A program made the position numbers and the translations under genes. Below are positions 53,001 through 64,000 of a stretch of DNA of 64,000 nt, piece after piece. Numbering within the stretch: position 1 is the stretch's first letter; each line of letters starts with the position of its first letter. A model generated the notes under the pieces. That model was not told the DNA's origin. It did not search any database and saw nothing but the letters and a program-made list of their open reading frames with translations. This DNA is from Balanoglossus misakiensis (taxonomy: Eukaryota > Animalia > Hemichordata). The stretch lies in the NCBI GenBank assembly GCA_040954595.2, contig CM082578.2:10091519-10155518 (forward strand), written 5' to 3'.

Positions 53001-56000
53001 GAATCTTTATCATGAATTGACTGACTGTACTTGTCATCCATGTTGACGTGCACAGATTATGTGAATTCCCAGAACGACAACTTTGCCCATGTGGTAGGAT
53101 TGCTTCGCTGGTGGTGATGTGTGTGTGTGTGTGTGTGTGGCCTTCTCGCACCTCCTTTGTGTTATTCCAAAAATGAACACACGTCAGTCGAGTTGTTGCG
53201 GGCAAGTGTTAAACACATACATTCCCTTTAATATAAATGATTGTCGGATACACGTGTGTTACGTGCATACCCTGCAGGAGAAAGCGCTGTCCTTTGTTAC
53301 ACTCAGCTTCCCAACCTTTAAAATAGCTGGTTAACATGTTCCAATAACATCGTCTAGGTGTGTAGCAGTAGCTGGCTTTATATTACCTGTGGAGATTATA
53401 GTATTAGTTTGTGTTTTTAATCTTGCTGTGAACAGTTGATTTAAGTTATAATAATAAATTTGTTTTTACTTATAATGAAATTATCCCCAGCCCTTTTTGG
53501 TCTCATCCCTTTTGCCCAGAAGCCTGGCATGGTGGTCGTTGTAAAGAACAAAGCAACGTTAGGCAGCCTCTGTTTTTTCTAAGTGAATAAAATGACCGCG
53601 TAGTTGAACAAAGGTACTCCAGATTATAAGCCATGGTCATTCATGCAATTTCTGAATTAGTGTCATCCTTTGTAACAGTTATTCCTTTTGACCTTTTCCG
53701 GTTGTGCAGTGCTGCTTCGCGAAGGTTTGTTTACGGCGATACCAAGGTATCAACTCTTGTTTTGGCAGACTCCCTTCAGATGTCTATTTATTGCGCTCAT
53801 TGATTCTCGGTCCTGTTTATTGATTGGCGTGCCGTCCTCCAAGGTGAAAACAATATCTCAGTATGAGCTGCTTTGTTGGAGAGTTCCCCTTTCCAATAAA
53901 CGTAGCTCAGCTGTTCGCCAGCCTCACACTGTTCATTGAACGACTACGTTCCGTGCCAAACGTTCTCATTGTCTTAAGTTAAAATAGCCAGTCATAAATA
54001 TTATTCCTTGTGTGCCTGAGCGCATGTGTACATGTGTGTTTATTTTCTGCATCTGTGACATTCATACGATAAGGGATCAACCCTGAATCTCTGAAGGACA
54101 TCACTTACAGAAAACGTGCACAAATGCACATACAGCAAACAATACTGCCCATAACATTATATGCATAGACCAGTCCCTGGTAGTACATTCATGTAACCAT
54201 TGGAAAGTGTAGCTTCGTAAAGTTAGTTCCTTAGACGTGAGTCGACTTGAAGGGGGAGGGGGGTCACAAGTCTGTAGACATACATGTAATAAGGGTATTG
54301 GCAGGATGTGTCTTAGGATCGTTCTACCTTGTGAAGTATACTATCACTACATTGCTTGCATGCCCAATTGTTGAATAAAGACCAGTGTTTACCCAGCTGC
54401 CCGGGACATACACGTACACGCACTTTAAGGACGTTTTTGCAAACGCCCTGCCCCATACAATACATACCTGTCATAACCAGGCCTTGTCCAAGTGTCACAG
54501 TAGACCACCTTTCAATTTTTCATACAATGTGAGGTCAGCGGGTGTAGTTTTCATGCAGACCAGATGATTAACAGATGCTGTCAAAGAGCAAAATATGAAC
54601 TTTTTATTGATGTACGAAGAGGGCAGATATGTGAACATTTATCGATGAGATCCAAGAGCTTCAGTTTGTGATACCATCTTCCATATTTTGACAGCCTAGG
54701 TCTGTGATGCATTTAACTTTGACAGTGAAGCCATCCATAGCAAGATTGTTGATCTTGTCAGTTTAAGTTTATCCTCATCATTCCTCAGTTTAAGACATCT
54801 GAGGCATTTCATGAAGTGTCATTCTTTCTGTCAGTGTGGTGTGGGTCCTGATGTGGCTGTGTGCATACTCAGCCTTTGTGGCTGGGTCACTGGACAAGGG
54901 CTTAGGCACGGTGTGTGTGTCCTTCTTGACAAATATGAACGTACTTGAGCAAAACACACTGACTGACGTCATGTAACAGTCATAAGAGCCTTATGCAGTG
55001 CATGCATATGTCAAAATAAATCTATGACACCCTACCCTCCAACAAAAAAAGAGGTTGTATTAAAACTAGGTCAACTTGTGATGCTACAAAATTTATTCAT
55101 CCCCGCTAAATGGTGCATGGCACTCTCGGGCGATCCAGTCATTGCCCAACAATTTCCAGGTACAAACGGAACTTTGTTCAAAAGGAGAAGAACACAATTT
55201 ACTAGGGCAAGTACAGTGTATTTTGAAGGGGAAAAAAAGGTTTCATCTCTCTCAGGAAAATAGTGTATCACTTAAAGGTCACCGTATGCAAATGACCTTA
55301 TCGTCAATGAGCGTTCGTTGGTTTGGATATTTTCTAGAGAGAAAATCTGTGTTGCGTTCATATTTGACAGATCATGAGAAGGCAGTCAGTGTTGCTGGCT
55401 GTCTTGACATGCTGGACAGATGGATGACTGTGAAAATCGGGATGAGATGATTTTTCATGTTGAAATGTGAAAATTAGAAGCCCCAAAACAATAGCTGCAT
55501 CATTTCACATTGTACGTTTTACCCATACTGATGTCAAATTTAAAAATAACTCCCATCAAGGTAACGTCGTTTACATTATAAGCATCACATAATTGATATT
55601 CACTCTAAGTGACAGACATACAATGTATCACTGTAAGTTCAGAAGATATTGGGGCTGTACTGTTTTCACCAAATTTCAAATTTTCACTTTCAAAACTGCT
55701 TTCGTATCATCACGTGTGTAATCTACTCATGAAATTGTCTGAAAAAAGTAGTTTCTGAGGCTTTTTAGCAGTCATGACGAAATGACGAGGAGCTGAGTCA
55801 GCTAGGGTGATGCAGTTGGCACAAAGCCAACCACCTGTCTTAATTAGTTTCGACAACCAAGAATTTTTCTACAACTGTCACACCATTTTTTTGTGTGTGT
55901 GGAGAAAAAATATTAAATGTATATTAATATTCTCATGGTTTGCCATCTTTTCTGATCCATGATGGTGCATATTTTGGTGAGATGTACAATCCGAGACATT

Positions 56001-57341
56001 AGAGAAGGAGAGATTAGTATTTCTAGGGTAGACCTGCACTAGTACATACATAACCAAGAGAAGCCCGTGTGTTGTGATAATTTAAAGTTGTCATGCAAAT
56101 ATTACCCTTCTCCTATGTCTGCGTGTATGGTTGCATCTTTGGGAAGTAATCAGAAAAGAAACATGTATTGGGCCACCAGAATCTATATTAATTCATTACC
56201 CATAATGCAATTGGATATTTACCTATCGCCATCAGTATGTTACCATGAACTTCATATATAGCAAGAAGACTTTATTTTATGCCCACACTGACCTGCTAGG
56301 TATATGCTCAATTTTAACATAGATGTAAATAGACTCAAATTGTAAACACAGGAAAACCTTGCAAATTCTAAGAGCTTTATATGCAGACATTGCAGACAGC
56401 TATAAGAGACACGCAAGCCAGTCTAGCCAGAACTATATATACTAACACTTTTTTGTTTGCCTAGTGGTCGGCATAGCAATCAGTCGAAGGCACAAACTAT
56501 ATTGTCTGCATACTTGATGAGGCCTAAAGGACACCCCCTCTTATAGCAGCAGTGCGTTATTTGTCTCTCCGCCTATGAAGTAGTAAGGTACAAGGACGTC
56601 GCTGCATGTTGTGACGCAGCGATTGATCAGTGCTGCATAGTGTGACGGGGGCAACAATAGCCTCAACTGGAATACTGCATTTGTTCAGGGCAGAAAAAAA
56701 TTCCACTCTGCTTTGTCGTGTTGTCCATGCACAATGAACAGAGAAGGGGAGGTAAGTGTTGGAGTTTCATTTCTTTGGAGAAAGCAGCGCTAATGAGGAC
56801 GTTTCTATTTCATTTCTCTGGGTGGAATTAATATCTAGCAACATCACAATGCCGATAATCAGTATTATTATTTGTGCGTGAACTTTGAGACATGGAGACG
56901 TAATTTGTAAAAAAAAATGTCCTAAGATTGGCAGATTTATTTTATATCGATATGGGAAATTGTCACCTGAAAATCTGCAGAGAAGTGTATGATGTGTTTT
57001 AACTTGTTTCTGAATTGCCGGTAGTGAACAAAGTGATGCAGACAGAATCTGGGGAGAAATTGCGAATTCAATCAATTCTGCAAATCAGTCTGCTTTTATC
57101 CACCCTGTGAAATGATAATGCAGGGAAATTTGGTTCAGTCGAATCTACTTTTAATTATTGCAAAAGACAGACCATAATGTTGAATTATTCCGCTGCACTG
57201 AAATTTCGTGGAGGACAGATGGTTGATTGTACAGACAAAAAAAGAAACAGTGGGTACTTCAGCCAGTATGCTAATTGGGCAACGTGCATATCCATTTAAT
57301 TGACTTTTAAGTTCCATAACCCTTTTTGGGGGTGCCTGGAG

Positions 57342-57355
57342 GTTGCCATGGCAAC
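57342..57355. promoter_or_regulatory. Perfect palindromic RFX X-box motif
   Basis: GTTGCCATGGCAAC. A second near-perfect copy, GTAACCATGGCAAC, is at 62270-62283. Function not demonstrated. Confidence 0.4.
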
Positions 57356-59745
57356 GGTGTCAAGGTTCCCCCCTCTGTGTGACAGTGTAGTGCACCGGTG
57401 GATTTCCAGGTGCCTGATTAAAAGACCCACACAACCAGGGCTGGAATGGGCAGCCAGGTAGTGCCGGTATCTCGTCTGTGTGTGCGTGTGTGTGTGTGAT
57501 TTACAGGGCGGTATTTTTAGACAAAAAGGTGATTTTCTGGTCACCTGGGCCAGGCATTGGGAGGAACCAGAACAGAGAATTGTCCACTGTTTATCTGATG
57601 GGATCAAAGGACATATTCTGCTGCATGACGCCTTAGCATGAATCATCAGGGTTTAATTCATTATAACAAAATATTAATTATAAACAGAAAAATCAGGTGA
57701 CCTGTCCCAACAGTCACATTTGTTGTTGTTTCATCATCTTGATTAACAGAATGTAGCAAACCAAAAGGAATTGTGCATCTTCTGATTCTTCAGATAATAA
57801 ACATCCCCAGATGTCACATTGTTTTCCCCAGGGGGAGGGGGGTGAGTTGTGGGCCATGGTCACAAAGGAGTCATTTTGTCTGTGGATCTAACTGGTTCAG
57901 GAGTCCCGTTACTTCCCCTTCAAAATGCTTCCATGATCCATTGCTTCCAATAACATGGAAGTTGCATCCAGTGTAGATGATGATGATGAGCATGGTGTAT
58001 GTGGTTCCCTAAACAGCAACAGGCAGTGTGGTCTCATACCTCAAACATATATCTTCTGCAGATGTCGCACGAACATGCACTAGACACATCAGATTCTGGT
58101 GACACGTACATGTACATTGTACATAAGCAAATTTACAGACTGTTTGAGTACATCATACATGTACTCTAAGATAAAACTGCTCACTTGCGTGTTATCTGTT
58201 ATTAACAAAAATTGCATCAATATGAAAAATACTGTGGTGCCTGTTTTCATTTTCCCAGCTTAGTTTCTAATAAACTGTAAATACCAAGGTTTTTATCTAT
58301 TTTTAGCTCATCGAAAACCTAATATTGTTTACAGCCAGGTTGTTGATGTTCTTCGCAATGACATTGCAGAGGCAGGTCACACCTGCTGCTCCATGTATAT
58401 TCCAAGTTGACCTGTGTTTCCAAACACTTTATGGTGATAATTTACAAACATATTTTTTCCAAGAATTCATTGAATATTGTATGCCAGTAATGTGCTCAAG
58501 ATGATCAGATGGTTTCAAAAACAAGTAAAGTGGGTCACCAGATCTAGTTAATTGATGGAACAGTATTTTTTTTTGTGCAGGCTGTATGGTAAAATATTTT
58601 TTTATTGGAAATCAATGACCCCGCACAGGCTCTTGAAAAAAGCAGGTTATATTTGGCTGTCTGTGCTTACACGTACCTGGATAATTCAGAGTAGTGCCGG
58701 TACTTGATGCGACTACATGATGTGCCTGTCTGGATACAGATGCTTTTTTCGCAAAGGGTCTCGAGATTTTCAGTACGTCGTAAAATGTTACTGTAGGCTT
58801 CTTACATTTATTGCTGTTTGGGAACGGTGCCAACTGCATGATATTGCAAAAGAATTGAAAATAACATGTACACAAGAATTGAATATGTTTACAAAATTCT
58901 TGTGGATGATTGTTTAATTTGTTATATTATTTTCGTGCTTGTTACAAAATGAACTGTACAATTGTGAGCTGACTGACATCACTATATGATATGTGTCGAT
59001 CGGCTCTGGTACATGTACGTGATTTTCCAATGACATATCAGTGAGCCAGACAAAAGCAATGGCGCTGAATAATACTGTTAGTTTTTTTTACGCAGCCACC
59101 CAATGAAAAGCCTTTAAAGAGCAGAATGGCAAAGCTGATTCAGACTGCCTTTGTCTTTTTGTAAGTTTTATTATTTTTATAAGGCCACATGTGCAGGGAC
59201 AGGTTGTGTAAAGGCGCTCAGAGGGTAAGGTTATGTCAAGAGGTCAAAGAACCTGTCTATTCTCTCTTTTAGTTGCATGCTGTCTGGGACATCCATGTAT
59301 TGGCGTGGCGTAACCTTGATTGGCTTCTGTGTAGCAACGATGGATCGACCTTGAAAAAATTAACAAGGGACAATGCACAGCGGTTTGACAGTCAATTGAA
59401 ATCACGTTCCAAAATGGTACATACATCAGCTGCTCGTATATGTGTTCTTTTGCTGAGCATGTACATGTATGATTAGCATCTGTGATTTTTACCTTTTAAT
59501 TTTCTGAGAACATTGAGAAAATTGAAGTAAAGATGAAAATCGCATATTATGTGTATCTTATAATTATCTCGGCGACTAATAAGTTTCAAAAGTTGCCTGT
59601 AATATTGGTCAAGAAATTCTAGACAACTGTCATCATTTCATATGCATGATTGATCTGCTTGCAAGAACAACTTTTATGTCTGCACTGTGGGAGAGGTCAG
59701 AGTACTTTGCATGTGGAAAACGACCGAGGGGGGAAACCAAGTGAA

Positions 59746-59921
59746 CACTGTAAAACAGGAAATTTTTGTGAAGGATAATTTTCGCAACCTTAGCGAAAGC
59801 CAAAAAATGCGATAATTAAGTCGCGAAAGAACAATGAAAGTTAATTGTCGCAGAAAAGACGCCTCTGATAATGTTACAAAAATGTCCTGCACTACGAAAA
59901 TTTCCCATTTTAATTTACAGT
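59746..59921. mobile_element. Degenerate ~175-bp MITE (CTGTA...TACAG termini, Tc1/mariner/pogo-like)
   Basis: Begins CACTGTAAAACAGGAAATTTTTGTG and ends CGAAAATTTCCCATTTTAATTTACAGT (imperfect inverted repeats). Same terminus family as the fragments at 31596 and 31774. TA TSD is not intact. Confidence 0.55.
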
Positions 59922-62900
59922 TTTATTGCAAGCCTACAGGCAAGACTACATTTTACATATCTGGCAGTGATGTTTCAGCTCATCACATGAAGAGAGAGGC
60001 CTTGATTTATGGGTCAAGGAGCAAAGGTCTGAGGTCGTTGACTGTTTGTTTGTAATTGCTGTGTGCACAAGGCTGGCTGCGATGGCACTCCACCCTTCTG
60101 CAGCAAGAACAAGTCGTTGAATTGCATTCTTGGCTAATACAGCCACACCTGCTCGAAAAATCCTGACTTAAATTGATCTGAAGTTTTTGTTGCAGATATT
60201 TTTGTTGTAAATTTCTTATAAATCATATAGATATCTTATTGCTTGTACTTGTCATGTTGGAATGAAGTGAACTTTGTCCACAAAAAGATACCCCCCTGGC
60301 ATTCCGGCAAAAACACAACACATCTGCACTTTTGGTATCACCCAGACTGTACTGGAATGTGGAAAATGTGCTACAGAGCTAACATTTCCGTAACAAATGC
60401 CTTTACTAAAATGTAATTACCTTGATGACAAACAAATCCATACCGTGGCGACAAAGAAAATAACAATCTTTTGAACTTCATACCGCATGACTTCTGACCA
60501 TTTTGCCATATAAGTTTGTGCTTTCATCCTGCCACCCCCCCCCCCCACAAGTTTTCTCTGTGTATGTGTGAACCAGTGTTTTTTTAGAAAGGTGACACAA
60601 GGGCAATTTATTGTTAATGTTATACAGCTGTATTCATGAAACTGGTAATTTTGTTTTGCGGTACAATCAGGTTGGGCCAATGGTGGCCTTAGAATTAATG
60701 TGTCCATTGCAACACCTGGCAGACCTGACAACACATGATTCCTGCAAGACAATACACTCTTGTCTCACGTATCTTGATAGAGCACCTTGATTTCAGTCCG
60801 GTGTACTGATAGCTTGCCTATACTATGTATTCACTGTCTGTTGTGTTATCCCCTTCTGATCTCCGAGCAATCTCCCGTCTACATGAAGGAGGGAGATTAA
60901 CCCACGGCAGGTGCAGGGAATGTACAGGTACACTGTAAAACACTGACCACAGTTCCTCTTTGTTTTCCTGGGAAGGTTAAAACATGATGAGGATAAATGA
61001 TAGGAGAGTTTATCAACTTTGGTGTTTGGAATTACTATGGTGCCCGCTGTGAAATGTATCTTTTCTCTTTTCTGTTCTTTATCTTTGTATAATCTGTGTT
61101 TTTGCAGAAATGTGGCTTTATCCCAGTGTAAGCTCTCAATAATTAAAGGTTCTTGCAGTTCTACAGTAGCTCTCATTGATGTAATAAAATTTATGCAAGT
61201 CCCCCCCAAACGTTGATTACCATTGAAAAATATGGTGTCTTTGAGCTTACAAATGTTACCAAATTCTTCTTTCCATTGAATTATTAAATTTGATTTTCAC
61301 ATTTGTGGAATTTTTGGGTGGTATAAATTCCTCAGTGAAAAAAATCTCCCCCCTCCTCCGAATAAACGGTGTTCTGATGTCATGTGATTTGGCGAAAACA
61401 GACTGCCAACTGTGCTTTTTTTTCAGAGAGAGAAAGAGAGAGAGAAAAGCACACAAAGGCAATTTAGAAGAGCTACTGTTTTAATGTTAGTCATGGTGAA
61501 TGCCTAACGTCAGAGGAAGATAGCCTTGAACAGCAAACTCCAAGGAGACCAAATTGGAAAACATAATTTTTGGAATGTCACAGTGGGGCAGTGGGAATGA
61601 CGTCAGCCGTGGCCGGTTTTAATACCGCGTACGTAAATTTGCCTAACCTCAGCCAGCTACCTGTCTGTCTCTAGCTATTCCGCTATGACTTATTTGAAGG
61701 TGATTTGCCCGCAGAGCGTAGCAGCGACTGCCTCCGAAGCTTCATTAGGGCCACGCTGAAGCTAAATCCCTGCGTGATTAGATGGCTTTCTGACCTAGTC
61801 ACCATTTTTATATGGACACTCTGACGTAGGACGGGAACAGTGCACTTAATTCTCTCCTGCGCTATTCTTAACCGGCTGATGACGTCTGCAGACAGGCTGC
61901 ACATTTTTTTTTCCGTCCCAAATTGCCGATATTTTTTACCCAATATAGAAACAGCTATTTCCAAGTGGAATTAAGTTCATTCAAGGAAATTTTTTCCCTG
62001 GCGAGCATATGTTTGTGAAATTTTGCTGTTTTGCTCGTAAACTCTAAATATTTTATCCTAGGAGATTTCACTCTTGACATTTCTGTTCTGTGAAAAATGT
62101 GTTAGGGATCCGTTTCATAGCCTATAAAGTTGTGTTTTTTAATTTGTGAATTTTGAACAGTTGAGTTTACTATAAAGTATAATATTCATATCAGACCAGA
62201 AAAGGTCAAGACATGAAATCGCTGAAATGTATTTTGTTGTTTAAATCATAAACTTTTGAGGCTATTTTGGTAACCATGGCAACATCAAACTGTAGTCAGT
62301 GATATACTAGCTTATTATTTTATGGGATGTATGTGAGAAATGTCAAAAACAAATGTCCAGATGACTGCATTTGTTGGTCAATTATTTCAAAGGCAGCAGC
62401 CAGACGTTTTAAAAATAGATATACTCAGTAAATCAAATACATGTATGTCAAACCATTCCAGCAATAGAAGCGAATCAACCATCTAGAAATCCCTAACCCT
62501 AATTCCATCTTCAAGTTTCAATGTTTATTTTTCAACTTTGAACAGTTAGCCAGAAATGGATGACTGATTCATTAGCACACCATGGTGTGTTTTAACGTAA
62601 TTGTCCTGTCATGCAAATGGCAATATAGTCTAAAATTGTTCATTACGAAGATTGAAAATTGCTTTTTCATCAACAGCATTCCTTAAAAGTTAAGGACTCA
62701 CTGGTTTTGCGTGGTCAGTGCTCATGTGCTGGTAAACATGCGGGGGTGTGTGAATGAGTAATCATTGTCTGACTGATGTATATTTAATTAGAAATTACTG
62801 GTCGTGAGTTGTGCATATTTATAAGGAAACCAGAGGTCAGAAGTCAACAGCTATAGCATGGTTGATTGACCGACTGGACATTCACCACTTGTGTTGAGTG

Positions 62901-64000
62901 AAAGGACGGACGGCCATTTGTGAGACTGTGCACAGTGCAAGGACATACGTACGCACATGTACTGGTATTGTGGGGGGTGTTTTGTAAATACTCGAACTCT
63001 AATTACAGTCTTTTGTTTTGGAAGATAATGGAATTGGAATAAATTTAGATATTTACAAGTGATAGATTTCCATAATATCAGGGGTGTGAATAGTTGTTAT
63101 TCTGCTAGGTTAATTAAAACAATTAAGGTATAATAATGTCCTAAATTGTGTAAAATTTGGGTACTATTTTCAAGTCCTGGACCAGAGTGGCGTTAATCCC
63201 TATTCTTCAGATGTAGTGATGCAGCTGAGCTGTGACAGGTACATGTACAGTGCACGGGTCGAGGCTTTGGGCAGATAACAATGCAGACCCTGCGTGGAAT
63301 TCAGTGACACAACAATATCATTTTTATTGCCCATTCTTTTGTCGCTGCATGTGAAGGAATTTTTTTAGTCCAGCTCGCTCGTCGGGAGGGGAGGGCGACC
63401 GTTACTTGGCCTTTGTGTCGCAAGTGCCACCAGACTGTCTCGTCTGTTTTGTTTCCCGCGAACCGTTCTTCTGTAACCAGCTGAGTTGCATTGGATCACT
63501 CCCTGAAGACAGGTCAACAGGTTGTTGGCCAGTGGACCGCCGAGAAATGCAGCGCAGAAGTACACGTGGCTTGGTGCTGCGTCGTCCATGCCGATTCATA
63601 GGCTTGTCTGATACGAGGCAAAAGATGAAATCTGAGGTACTCTTGTATACTTGTACATTGTTTGCATATAGTTTGTGCCAAGCTGTTGTGGGGCATTTGC
63701 TTTGGGCCTACACCAAATTCTGTGACGTGAACCCTGGCTTGTTCGAGATGGCTTGTTTTGGTCAAACTGATCGATGTTATTGACGAGCTATCAGTCTCAT
63801 GTATCATTAGGCTGGCTACCAGTTGCTGATAGTACCTGTATATTTTAACATTCTGCCTGATAAGGCTCAGTGGTTTCAGACACCATGTAAAATGATTGGT
63901 CTGAGCATATACAAACTCTGCTGTGTCTCAATGGAATTTGCAGAGAAAGGTAAATCACAAATACAGAGCGTCGGAATTTTATAGATGCACAACTAATGGT

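Noticed and set aside
59962-59984. TGGCAGTG seed resembling miR-34/449 (also AGGCAGTGTGG at 58021)
   Set aside because: Similarity is largely limited to the seed and I could not see a pre-miRNA hairpin.
47600-64000. Numerous 60-145 aa ORFs in the right-hand region
   Set aside because: None resembles a known protein or forms a phase-consistent exon chain; treated as intronic or intergenic noise.

Overview
Eukaryotic (metazoan) genomic DNA, not prokaryotic. It is AT-rich with spliceosomal introns, CpG-rich promoter islands, poly-G/C tracts and abundant TACATGTA. This style suggests a marine invertebrate deuterostome such as an echinoderm (inference only). Four multi-exon genes can be assembled by hand with consistent splice phases: CEP83/CCDC41 (minus, CDS 25880->4785, 11 coding exons, 721 aa); an adhesion GPCR with an ADGRD-like 7TM and an unusual (TSP1 + WSC-like)x3-GAIN ectodomain (plus, 28416->38970, 25 exons found, start exon unresolved); INTS13/ASUN (minus, 45689->41211, 15 coding exons, 696 aa); and EFCAB10 (plus, 46100->47064, 4 exons, 135 aa). 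They form two head-to-head pairs that meet tail-to-tail, and three of the four have cilia links. Mobile DNA includes a young 1550-bp foldback element with ~595-bp TIRs and a 6-bp TSD (IS3EU-like termini), a 103-bp MITE with an 8-bp TSD, and pieces of a CTGTA-ended MITE family. From 47.6 kb to the end no coding exon is recognisable; this region looks like the promoter, long 5' intron(s) and possible alternative first exons of a gene continuing to the right. Protein identifications come from remembered homologue sequences, not from database searches.
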